From Dehalococcoidia bacterium (GTDB lineage Bacteria; Chloroflexota; Dehalococcoidia; Plut-88900): a DNA stretch of 64,000 nt. This document shows positions 20,220 to 29,479 of this stretch, piece by piece; within the stretch, counting starts at the first letter, position 1, and every line of letters begins with the position of its first letter. The stretch lies in contig OZ240215.1 of the NCBI GenBank assembly GCA_965197585.1, forward strand, positions 1,696,001-1,760,000. The letters run 5' to 3'. A program made the position numbers and the translations under genes. The notes below the pieces were generated by a model. The model did no database searches and was not told the DNA's origin. It worked only from the letters and a program-made list of their open reading frames with translations.

Positions 20220-21110
20220 TTACCCCACCCCCAGCACCCGCCCCGCATTCCCCCCCATCATCAACTTCACCGCCTCCTCCGATATCTCAGACCCGTACTT
20301 CTTCCCCATCGACGGCAAATCCTGGCATAGCTCAACGAATCTCTTCAACGGCATCTCTTTCCTGATCCCCGGAAAGTCACTCGCCCACATAACCCGTTCC
20401 GCTCCGAGACTTTGGATCATGTGATCGATTGCCCGCACTGTCCCCTCTTCATCGGCCTTGAACCTCGCCTGCCACTCCGAAATCTCTGGGTAGATGTTTG
20501 GGTGCGACTTCGCCACCGTCACGCAGTCTTGCCACCAGTCCCCACCCGCGTGGCCCAGGATCATATCCAATTTGGGAAAGTCCGCCGCCACCTGATCGAA
20601 CTCCAGCGGGTGCGCCGATTTCCCATACAGCAATGGATGAAAACCCGGCCCCGAGTGGAACAGCACTGGCAGTCCGTTCGCCACGCAAATTTCATAGAGG
20701 TCATAGCAAGACCGGTCGCTGGGATAGTAACCCGTCGTCGGATGCAGCTTGATCCCCGACACCGCCCCACCCTTCACCGCCGCCTCAAACTTCTCCGCCG
20801 ACCCCTCCCTCTGCGGGTCGATTCCATAGAATGCTATGAGCCGTTCCGGGTACATCTCCCGCGCCGACACCAGCATCGCATTCTCTTCCTCCACCCTCAC
20901 CTCTGTCTCCCCGAAACGCATCGCAAAGTCGGCCAGGATGACTACGCTCATGTCCACCGACGCCCCATCCATCTCCTCGACAATCTCCCGCGCCGCCCGA
21001 CGCCAATCAAAATCCGAAGGCTCCGACCCTTCCCAACGCGGGTCGCCCGCAAACAACTTCGGGTGCCGCTGGTCCGCCGACCACATATGCCGGTGTACAT
21101 CAATAATCAT
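20220..21110 (-). CDS. Amidohydrolase_2 family protein
   Basis: MIIDVHRH, GIKLHP, PVLFHSG, ILGHAG, WASDFP; start trimmed to 21110. Confidence 0.88.
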   Translation of the reverse strand: MIIDVHRHMWSADQRHPKLFAGDPRWEGSEPSDFDWRRAAREIVEEMDGASVDMSVVILADFAMRFGETEVRVEEENAMLVSAREMYPERLIAFYGIDPQREGSAEKFEAAVKGGAVSGIKLHPTTGYYPSDRSCYDLYEICVANGLPVLFHSGPGFHPLLYGKSAHPLEFDQVAADFPKLDMILGHAGGDWWQDCVTVAKSHPNIYPEISEWQARFKADEEGTVRAIDHMIQSLGAERVMWASDFPGIRKEMPLKRFVELCQDLPSMGKKYGSEISEEAVKLMMGGNAGRVLGVG

Positions 21111-21186
21111 CTTCCCTCTCCTGTTATCCCAACGCCATCTCTGCAATTCCGAGGCCCCCCGAGGAATCTGGGCCGGATCCCCTCCC

Positions 21187-21210
21187 GTAGGGGCGACCGG
21201 CTGGTCGCCC
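21187..21210 (+). repeat. GTAG-type REP (GTAGGGGCG...CGCCC), representative copy
   Basis: Further copies at 31868, 32118, 41883; GTAG tetranucleotide followed by a hairpin. Confidence 0.8.
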
Positions 21211-21300
21211 GCTCCGGTGCAGGGCCGCTCACCCTGAGGTTCTCGAAGGGTCGAGCGGGGTGTGGCTCCGCATTGCCAATCCGTCGCGTCACGCCCCCAA

Positions 21301-22806
21301 TCACCCAATAATCGCATCTATCGCCGACTCCAACTTCCCCGCCGACTCATCAAGCCTGCGTTTCCTTTCCTCTACCGACTCCTCATCTTCCCGAAGTCGC
21401 GCCTCGTACTCCACTATCCTCCTACGGCACTCCTCGGGAGCCGGGCCCCCGTACAATGTCCGACGCTCCACGAACGCCATCGGGTCCAACGCCCGAGCCA
21501 GGGCTTCCTCACTTAAACCGACACCCTCCCCCATATACTCCACGGCCGCTTCGTCCAAAAGATCCGGCGTCACGTCCCTTGGCCGGATTCCCCGCTCCTC
21601 CGTGAACCGCACCAGTATCCCGACTATCTGATGTGCAGTCCTCCACGGCAATCCCTTCTCCCTGACCAATGCACCCGCCACGTCCGTGGCCTGCGCCCAG
21701 TGCGCCCCCGCCATCTCCCTCATCCGCTCTCGTTTCACCTCCAGCGCCGGCATCAGCTCGATAAACCATCCCAGGTTCCGAATTGCCATGTCGAACGAGC
21801 GGAATAGAGCATCATCCATGTAGCGAAGGTCCATCGTCGGGTCCCCACTCGCCGCCTTCTGCACTGCGAACGAGGCCACCAGGCCACCCATGGCATCTGC
21901 CACCGCTCCACGAACGTACTCCAGGCTGTCCGGGTTCTTCTTCTGCATCATTATGCTGCTCGTCCCGCAGAACCGGTCCGGCACGTCAATGTACCCCGCC
22001 TCCGACGTAAACCAGAAGTTCAGGTCCGACGCCCATCTGGAAAGGTTCAGGTGCACCGTGGCCACCGCCATGAAGGTGTCCAATGGTGTGTCCTCGTTGA
22101 GGATTGCGTCATAGGTATTGGGTAATACACCGTCGAACCCCATCAGCTCCGCCGTCCGATGCCGGTTCAGCGGAAAGTCCGATCCCGTCATTATCGCCGA
22201 CCCCGCGGGGCTCTGGTTTGCCCAGCTATACGCAAACGCCGCCCGACCAAAGCACCGCTCCAGGCTCGACGTCCAGGCCAGCAGTTGATGGCCTAGCGTC
22301 GTAGGCTGGGCGTGCTGGCTGTGAGTATAGGCTGGCATCACCGATTCCAGGTTCTCACCCGCTACCTGCAGGAACACTGCCCGAAGCCGGTTGATTTCCC
22401 CCATTAGCGTGATCAGCCCATCCCGTTGCCGGCACCGCCGCCACACCGCGTGCAGGTCCCCGGAACTCCGGCCCAGGTGCATCCTTCCCCCCACATCCTC
22501 CCCCAACCGCCTTATTAGAAAGTACTCCCCAGAGTGCATCGCTCCCCCCGCCTCCAGCCTCGACTCCACAATCTTGTCCGGCTCCGTGCTCCTAAGCTCC
22601 TTAAGCATCAATGCCACATCGGTCTTCGGAATTAGAGCCTCCTCCGCCAGCATCACCAAGTGGGCTTTGTCGAATAGGTGATAAGGATAAAGGGCCCCCT
22701 CGTCCTGATCTTCAGAGAAAGCCGGGAGACCTGCCAGCATAGGCTCCATAAGCCGGATCCCCGCCATACGGTATCCTTTGTACTCTTCCTGTTTCTGCTT
22801 CCTCAC
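21301..22806 (-). CDS. Argininosuccinate lyase family protein
   Basis: MHLGRSSGD, MPAYTHSQHAQPTT, TSSIMMQKKNPD lyase signature; divergent, so arginine biosynthesis role is uncertain. Confidence 0.85.
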   Translation of the reverse strand: MRKQKQEEYKGYRMAGIRLMEPMLAGLPAFSEDQDEGALYPYHLFDKAHLVMLAEEALIPKTDVALMLKELRSTEPDKIVESRLEAGGAMHSGEYFLIRRLGEDVGGRMHLGRSSGDLHAVWRRCRQRDGLITLMGEINRLRAVFLQVAGENLESVMPAYTHSQHAQPTTLGHQLLAWTSSLERCFGRAAFAYSWANQSPAGSAIMTGSDFPLNRHRTAELMGFDGVLPNTYDAILNEDTPLDTFMAVATVHLNLSRWASDLNFWFTSEAGYIDVPDRFCGTSSIMMQKKNPDSLEYVRGAVADAMGGLVASFAVQKAASGDPTMDLRYMDDALFRSFDMAIRNLGWFIELMPALEVKRERMREMAGAHWAQATDVAGALVREKGLPWRTAHQIVGILVRFTEERGIRPRDVTPDLLDEAAVEYMGEGVGLSEEALARALDPMAFVERRTLYGGPAPEECRRRIVEYEARLREDEESVEERKRRLDESAGKLESAIDAIIG

Positions 22807-23298
22807 TCCGAGACTCCTTTCCCTCGACCGTTCACGATCTCCGACTCCGACGGTATCCTACATTCTAACCGCCGCCCTCTCAACAAACGCCCACCCTCAA
22901 CTCACGCCGAAACCCTCCGTCATGCAAATCGAACTACGCCCTTCCTATGTCATAGCACTCCCTTACCCCCTGACATCCACAATGCTGAGGCTCCGCGAAG
23001 AATCTAGGATTTGCCCACTCACACGTCCTTCGCCAAAACTGTGAGCCTTCAGTCCCAAGCAACCGGGCCCGCTCATGCTTTCGTAGGTGCGTCGTGCTGA
23101 AAATCCGCCTTCGTCGGAGCATAAACCCCTCCCCGGCGGCGGGGCCGCTCACCCTGAGCCGCGTCGAAGGGTCGAGCGGGGAGAGGGGCCTCGCGCTGCC
23201 AATCCGTCGCGTCCATCCAGTGATCCTATGCTTGACTCCCTCCACCCACGCGAGTAGCTTTTCACACATAACCCTTGCCAGCACCAAGGAGCCCAGCC

Positions 23299-24936
23299 AT
23301 GCCAGACCCGACCCCCTCCATCTTCAACCAAAACCTCGACTCCAATATCGCCAACCACCAGCCCCTCACCCCACTCACCTTCCTCGAATGGTCGGCCACC
23401 GTCTACCCCGACAAGGCGGCGGTTATATACGGCGATACCGAGTACACCTACCGGGAGTTCGCCCGGCGCTGCCGACTCCTCGCCTCCGCCCTCTCAAAGC
23501 GCGGCATAGGGCTCGGCGACACCGTCGCCCTCATGGCCCCCAACACCCCCCCGATGCTCGAAGCCCATTACGGCATCCCCATGACTGGCGCCGCTATCAA
23601 CGGAATCAACATTCGCCTCGACGCCACCGCCGTCGCCTTCATCCTTGAGCACGGCGAGGCCCGCGTCCTCATAACCGACCGTGAGTTCTCCCCCGTAGTC
23701 AAAGAAGCCCTCACCCAAGTCACACGCCCCATCACCGTAATTGACATCGACGATCCTCTTGCTCCCTCTGGTGACCTCATCGGCGAAAAGGATTACGAAT
23801 CCTTCCTTGAAGAGGGTGACGATAACTTCACCCCACGCCCCTTCTCCGACGAATGGGAGGCCATAGCCCTCAACTACACCTCCGGCACCACCGGAAATCC
23901 CAAGGGAGTCGTCTTCCACCATCGCGGCGCATTCCTGAATGCTATGGGCAACGCGATGATGTTTGGACTTAACAGGTACAGCATGTACTTGTGGACTCTC
24001 CCCATGTTCCATTGCAACGGCTGGACTTACACCTGGGCTGTCACCGCCGTCGCCGGAACCCACGTATGCCTCCGCAGAATCGACCCCGCAGTCATCTTTT
24101 CCATGATCAAGGAGCGCCACATAACCCACATGTGTGGTGCTCCGGTGGTTCTCGGGATGCTGATTCACGCCCCCGAGGAGGCCAAGCAAAAGTGGGACCA
24201 CACCGTCGAGATCGCCACCGGAGGCGCTGCTCCACCCAGCCCCGTTATCGCCGCAATGGAGGGCATGGGCTTCCGAGTCACCCACCTCTACGGACTCACC
24301 GAAACATACGGCCCGGCCAGCGTCTGCGCATGGCAGGACGACTGGCTGGCCATGCCCACCGACCAGAAAGCCTCCATGCTCGCCCGCCAGGGCGTTCGCT
24401 ACCCGACCCTCTCCTATCTCACAGTCGCCAACCCCGATACCCTTGCCCCCGTCCCCGAGGATGGCCAGACCATCGGTGAAATCATGATGCGCGGCAACAC
24501 CGTAATGAAGGGCTACCTGAAGAATCCGGCTGCCACCGATGAGGCCTTCGCCGGAGGATGGTTTCACTCGGGCGACTTGGCCGTCGTCCACCCAGACCAC
24601 TACATCGAGATTAAAGACCGCTCCAAAGACATCATCATCTCCGGCGGAGAAAACATATCCTCCCTGGAAGTCGAGGAGGTCTTGTACCGGCACCCCAAGG
24701 TCATGGAGGCAGCCGTCGTAGCCAAGCACGATGAAAAATGGGGCGAGACCCCCTGCGCCTTCGTCACCCCCCGCCCCGACACCCCCGACATCACCGAGGA
24801 GGAGTTAGTCCGCTGGTGCCGCGACAACCTCGCCCACTTCAAGGCCCCCAGGAGGTTTGTCTTCGGCCCCTTGCCCAAGACCTCCACCGGAAAAATCCAG
24901 AAATTCGCGCTCCGTGAGCGCGCCAACACCCTCTAG
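23299..24936 (+). CDS. Acyl-CoA synthetase (AMP-binding; DmdB/AAE-like)
   Basis: LNYTSGTTGNPKGV, YGLTETYG, WFHSGD, DRSKDIIISGGENISS, PKTSTGKIQK; AAGGAG RBS. Confidence 0.92.
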   Translation: MPDPTPSIFNQNLDSNIANHQPLTPLTFLEWSATVYPDKAAVIYGDTEYTYREFARRCRLLASALSKRGIGLGDTVALMAPNTPPMLEAHYGIPMTGAAINGINIRLDATAVAFILEHGEARVLITDREFSPVVKEALTQVTRPITVIDIDDPLAPSGDLIGEKDYESFLEEGDDNFTPRPFSDEWEAIALNYTSGTTGNPKGVVFHHRGAFLNAMGNAMMFGLNRYSMYLWTLPMFHCNGWTYTWAVTAVAGTHVCLRRIDPAVIFSMIKERHITHMCGAPVVLGMLIHAPEEAKQKWDHTVEIATGGAAPPSPVIAAMEGMGFRVTHLYGLTETYGPASVCAWQDDWLAMPTDQKASMLARQGVRYPTLSYLTVANPDTLAPVPEDGQTIGEIMMRGNTVMKGYLKNPAATDEAFAGGWFHSGDLAVVHPDHYIEIKDRSKDIIISGGENISSLEVEEVLYRHPKVMEAAVVAKHDEKWGETPCAFVTPRPDTPDITEEELVRWCRDNLAHFKAPRRFVFGPLPKTSTGKIQKFALRERANTL

Positions 24937-25107
24937 CTGAGAGAAAGGACCCTCTCACGGAGAGTCGTTTCACGAACTGCATTGGAGGGGTTGGGGCCGC
25001 TCGTGCTGAGGTTCTCGAAGTATGAGCGGGGGTGGCTGCCGTGTTACCTGGATAGTACGACATAGCCAATCTGCAGTTACACTAGGGTTCAGCGAAGGAG
25101 ACTAGGT

Positions 25108-25422
25108 ATGGTGCGCATCCCCACCAAACGGGAGCCGACACACCCCGACGAGATGTTGCTGCAAGAGTTCCTGCTGCCACTCGGCATGAGTCAGCGCGAC
25201 CTCGCCACCGCGATACGTGTGCCCTATCAGCGCGTCAATGAGGTAGTCCGCAAGAGACGTGGGGTCACGCCTAGCACTGCATTACGGCTTTCTAAATTCC
25301 TCGGCACGTCTCCCGACTTCTGGATGAGCCTACAACTCCGCTGGGACCTTTACCATGCCCAACGCGCCGAAGCAGATCAGATCGAAAACATCCGGCCGAA
25401 TGAACTGGTAAACGTACCGTAA
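25108..25422 (+). CDS. HigA-family addiction-module antitoxin
   Basis: PTHPDEMLLQEFLLPLGMSQRDLA...TPSTALRLSKFLGTSPDFWMSLQ. Confidence 0.88.
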   Translation: MVRIPTKREPTHPDEMLLQEFLLPLGMSQRDLATAIRVPYQRVNEVVRKRRGVTPSTALRLSKFLGTSPDFWMSLQLRWDLYHAQRAEADQIENIRPNELVNVP

Positions 25423-25480
25423 AGGGCTGTCGAATCTTACGCGCTCAGTCCGATTAGAGTGCATCGAGCGCTCCGAAACC

Positions 25481-26017
25481 CTACGCGCTCGAATAAATCC
25501 CCGACTCCAGGTCGAAGACGTGCTGCCGACCCCCATCGCCACCCAGGACTATCGCCAAGGAGGACGGCTCGTCTCCCTCGGCCCATTGTCGGTGTATGTT
25601 CCGCGGCGAGTCATACCAGTAACCCAGGTCTCCCCGCTCTACGTGATGGTCCGTGACAACCTGTAGAGATGCCTGCCCCGACTCATCGTCGCTCACCCGT
25701 CTCCAGACCGTGAATCTCTCTTTGCCGGCTACCCCGCACTCCAGCCCCCACCGATAATGGCTATGGATCGGGGTTGGCTCTCCGGGAGGAAAGCTCGCTA
25801 GAACAAACTTGTACCGACCCTGCGGGTCAACGTGGAGTATCCTGCTGGGAAGTCCCGTGCTCCCGACCGAGGCCTCGCCCTGCTTGGTCAGATCGCCGCC
25901 CTCTGCCACCAGCTTCTGCAGCCGAGGCCCCATCTCCCAGATCGCCTCCACCGTCGGCCCCACATCATCCAGAATGCGGTCCACCTCCGCTACGAAATCC
26001 TTTAATTCATATCCCAT
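25481..26017 (-). CDS. Cupin, cysteine/thiol dioxygenase-like
   Basis: TPIHSHYRWG and NIHRQ motifs (three-His arrangement). Confidence 0.65.
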   Translation of the reverse strand: MGYELKDFVAEVDRILDDVGPTVEAIWEMGPRLQKLVAEGGDLTKQGEASVGSTGLPSRILHVDPQGRYKFVLASFPPGEPTPIHSHYRWGLECGVAGKERFTVWRRVSDDESGQASLQVVTDHHVERGDLGYWYDSPRNIHRQWAEGDEPSSLAIVLGGDGGRQHVFDLESGIYSSA

Positions 26018-26313
26018 TTGTTCTCCCCCTCTCCTGCCTTAACAAGGTTTTGTCTATAAGAGCCCGAGGCTCGAAATATACCGACAGTCCGCCCCGAACC
26101 TGTAAAGTAAAAATCAGTCTAGGCTCGGCCCCTGGACCCGTCAAGGATTGGCCCGACCATTGCGAAGAGAGTATTATGGGTAAGCACTCCTGATCCGTCA
26201 CGGTTTTGCTTTTGGCGCAAGCTTGACCTTATGTGACATCGTGTTCGCAGGATGAGGCCCGGGCCCCGGCGGTCGCCCAGCCTCCTACGAATGAAGTCGA
26301 GGACGGGGGACAT

Positions 26314-27441
26314 ATGATCATCGGCGTGCCCAAAGAGACCAAAGACCAGGAAAACCGCGTCGCCCTGACGCCGGCCGGCGTTGCCTCTCTAACCCGCAGC
26401 TCTCACAAAGTGCTCATAGAACGCGGGGCCGGCACGGGAAGCGGCTTTTCCGACAAGGAGTATGCAGCCCAGGGCGCGACCATAGTCCGGGATGCCGAGG
26501 ACATATTCTGGTCTTCGGACATGGTGGTCAAGGTAAAGGAGCCCATCGAGCCCGAGTACGAAATGCTTAGGCCGGGCGTCATCCTATTCACCTATTTGCA
26601 CTTGGCCGCAGACCCTGACTTAGCCAAGTCGCTCCTCGAACATCGCGTCACCTCCCTCGCCTATGAGACCGTACAGGATGACTATCGTGGCCTTCCTCTC
26701 CTCGCCCCCATGAGCGAGATTGCAGGAAGGATTTCGGTGCAGATTGGTGCCCATTTCCTGGAAAAACAGCACGGCGGCATAGGGAAGCTGCTCGCCGGTG
26801 TGCCGGGCGTCTCGCCGGGTACCGTCACCGTTATCGGTGCCGGGATGGTCGGTTCAAACGCCGCCCTCATAGCCCTGGGCCTCGGAGCAAAGGTAATTCT
26901 TATCGACACCAACATAGGGCGGCTGCGTCAGATGGAGCAGGTACTGAGCGGCAATCTGATCACCGTTGCCGCTGGAATAGACGCCACCTCCCGAGCCGTA
27001 GCTGAAGCCGACCTCGTGATCGGCGGTGTCTTGATTCCCGGGGCCAAGGCCCCGAAGGTCGTCTCCCGGGACATGATAAGCCGCATGACGCCCGGCTCGG
27101 TCGTTATTGACGTCGCCGTCGACCAGGGCGGTTGTATCGAGACCTGTAAGCCGACAACCCACTCCGACCCAACCTTCCTGGTAGACGGCGTTGTCCACTA
27201 CTGTGTAACCAACATTCCCGGCGCCGTGCCCCGGACCTCCACCGAGGCCCTCTGCAACGTTTCCTTCCCCTTCATCGAGGAAATTGCCAATCTCGGTCTG
27301 TCGGAATCTCTGGGTCGGGACCCGGTCCTTGCCAAGGGACTCAACACTTACGAAGGCCAGGTCACAAACCGCGCCGTTGCCGACTCCCTCTCCCTTCCGT
27401 TCCAACCCCCCGAGACCCTCGGCGCGTTTTCATCCAACTAA
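26314..27441 (+). CDS. ald: Alanine dehydrogenase
   Basis: MIIGVPKETKDQENRVALTP, LFTYLHLA, DVAVDQGGCIET, HYCVTNIPGAVPRTST. Confidence 0.93.
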   Translation: MIIGVPKETKDQENRVALTPAGVASLTRSSHKVLIERGAGTGSGFSDKEYAAQGATIVRDAEDIFWSSDMVVKVKEPIEPEYEMLRPGVILFTYLHLAADPDLAKSLLEHRVTSLAYETVQDDYRGLPLLAPMSEIAGRISVQIGAHFLEKQHGGIGKLLAGVPGVSPGTVTVIGAGMVGSNAALIALGLGAKVILIDTNIGRLRQMEQVLSGNLITVAAGIDATSRAVAEADLVIGGVLIPGAKAPKVVSRDMISRMTPGSVVIDVAVDQGGCIETCKPTTHSDPTFLVDGVVHYCVTNIPGAVPRTSTEALCNVSFPFIEEIANLGLSESLGRDPVLAKGLNTYEGQVTNRAVADSLSLPFQPPETLGAFSSN

Positions 27442-27463
27442 ATCTGAAAGGCGGTACAACCGG

Positions 27464-27649
27464 ATGGCATCCAATTCCGAATTCGAGGCTCTGGCCCGCA
27501 ACGCAGGTCTCGACAGGTTTCCCGGTACCCTGGACATGATTGAGCAGGTTTATGTCAGCTACAGGGAACAGCTCGACCAACTTTATTCTGTCGATCTGGA
27601 TGGTGAGGAAGTTCTGACCGCCTATCAGTACCTCTACGATTCCGACTAA
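27464..27649 (+). CDS. Small acidic protein preceding an amidase (possible AtzG/GatC-like partner)
   Basis: 61-aa ORF (MASNSEFEALARNAGLDRF...) ending 15 bp before the amidase start. Confidence 0.6.
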   Translation: MASNSEFEALARNAGLDRFPGTLDMIEQVYVSYREQLDQLYSVDLDGEEVLTAYQYLYDSD

Positions 27650-27664
27650 GGAGCATTTTTATCC

Positions 27665-29065
27665 ATGCCATCTACAGAGCTGCATTACCTGACCATCGAC
27701 GAGGCCTCTAAGCTCATCCACGACCGTGAGCTCTCCTCCATCGAGCTGACTCAAGCCCATATTGACAGGATCGACGCCCTCAACGACACCCTCCACGCCT
27801 TCCTCACCCCCACCCCCGACCTCGCCCTCCAGCAATCCGAAAACGCCGACCGAGAAATCGCTGCAGGGAATTCCCGCGGCCCCCTCCACGGCATTCCCAT
27901 CGCCCTGAAGGATCTGTGCGACACCAAGGGAATCCGCACAACTTACGGCAGCCTCGGCTTCAACGACCGCGTCCCCGACTCCGACGCAACAGTCACCGAG
28001 CGCCTGCGTGAAGCCGGTACAACAATGCTCGGCAAGCTCACCATGAGCGAGCTCGCCATGATGGGCCCGCCCAGCAACGGCCCCGAGGCTCGGAACCCTT
28101 GGAACACCGCTCACGCTCCCGCCGGTTCCAGTAGTGGATCGGGCGTCGGAGTTTCCGCTGGCCTCTGCTTCGGCGCCCTCGGCTCCGACACCGGCGGCTC
28201 CATCCGATTTCCCGCTTCCTGGAACGGCATATCCGGCATCCTTCCCTCGAATGGAAGGGTCAGCCGGGCCGGTGTCATGCCCCTCAGTTGGACCATGGAC
28301 AATATTGGCCCCATGTGCCGCACGGTCGAAGATACCGCAATCATGCTGAAGGCCATCGCCGGTGCCGACCCCCGGGACCCCACCACTTCATCGGCCCCCG
28401 TCCCGGACTACCGCTCCATGCTAACCGGGGATGTGCGCGGCCTGAAAATCGGCGTCCTGCGCAGTTATTTCGATCGACACCCCGGCGCCGTCCAGCCGGA
28501 AACTCAAGCCGCCGTAGACAAGGCTATCCTCGATCTGGGCGAAATGGGTGCAGAAGTAGTAGACGTGGAGATCCCTCACCTGGAGTACACAAGTGCCGCA
28601 GGCGCCCCAATCTACATCGCCGAGGGTTACAACATCTTTCAGAAAGACTTCCATGACCGTCCCGACAAGTTCGGCGAGACCGTCAAGGCATTCCTCCTCG
28701 CTGGTGCCCTTTTCACCGCAAGCGACTTCATCCAGGCCCAGCGAATGCGCAGCCGCCTAAAGCGGGAAGTAGAAGAACTGTTCAAACAGGTTGACCTCAT
28801 CGCTGGTCCCGCCACCCTCGGTACTGCGGTCGCCATCGCAGACTTCGACCCGATGGATCTCCTCAACTCAGTCCGCGGCGACACGTCAGTTGTCTTCAAC
28901 CTCACTGGCTGCCCCTCTATTTCCGTGCCCTGCGGCTTCAGCAGCGACGGTCTCCCCATCGGCCTCCAACTCTCAGGCCGCTACCTCGACGAGCCCACCG
29001 TCCTCAACGCCGCCTACGCCTACCAGCAGTCCAACCCCCTCCACAAACAACACCCACCAGTCTAA
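27665..29065 (+). CDS. Amidase signature family protein (GatA/AtzE-like)
   Basis: LHGIPIALKD, GSSSGS, GSDTGGSIRFPA. Confidence 0.92.
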   Translation: MPSTELHYLTIDEASKLIHDRELSSIELTQAHIDRIDALNDTLHAFLTPTPDLALQQSENADREIAAGNSRGPLHGIPIALKDLCDTKGIRTTYGSLGFNDRVPDSDATVTERLREAGTTMLGKLTMSELAMMGPPSNGPEARNPWNTAHAPAGSSSGSGVGVSAGLCFGALGSDTGGSIRFPASWNGISGILPSNGRVSRAGVMPLSWTMDNIGPMCRTVEDTAIMLKAIAGADPRDPTTSSAPVPDYRSMLTGDVRGLKIGVLRSYFDRHPGAVQPETQAAVDKAILDLGEMGAEVVDVEIPHLEYTSAAGAPIYIAEGYNIFQKDFHDRPDKFGETVKAFLLAGALFTASDFIQAQRMRSRLKREVEELFKQVDLIAGPATLGTAVAIADFDPMDLLNSVRGDTSVVFNLTGCPSISVPCGFSSDGLPIGLQLSGRYLDEPTVLNAAYAYQQSNPLHKQHPPV

Positions 29066-29292
29066 ACCCTGGATGTCCCCCCTCACATGGTCAACCCCAG
29101 CGGCTGTCGGGCAGCCGCTGGGAATAGTCCTATCCCCTCTCTCCCTTGATGAGACCTTTGCATAACCTGTGTTGGGGGTGCGTGGGGCCGCTCGTGCTGA
29201 GCCCCGTCGAAGTATGAGCGGGCGGGAGGCGTCCCCTCCCCTTTCCGTCATCCTGCCCCCCGAGCCGGAATCCATCCCACCCCTATAACCCT

Positions 29293-29319
29293 GTCATCCC
29301 GAGGCTCCGCGAGGAATCT
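29293..29319 (+). repeat. Repeat family B (GTCATYCCGAGG..CCGCGAGGRATCT), representative copy
   Basis: Further copies at ~21143, 22980, 39663, 41170, 41809, 53343. Confidence 0.85.
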
Positions 29320-29422
29320 ACGGCGCACCTAACCCACTCACCCCTTGCCAACAATGCCAACATCAATTAGTCATCTTCGCCTTCTCGGGAATCCATCCCT
29401 TCCAATCGCCCATGAAACAAAG

Positions 29423-29463
29423 AAGGGCGGTGGTGTATGACACCACCGCCCTTTTCTTCTTTT
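29423..29463. terminator. Intrinsic terminator, probably bidirectional
   Basis: 14-bp stem AAGGGCGGTGGTGT / ACACCACCGCCCTT with a T-run, between convergent genes. Confidence 0.8.
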
Positions 29464-29479
29464 CGATGTCTACGAACGA

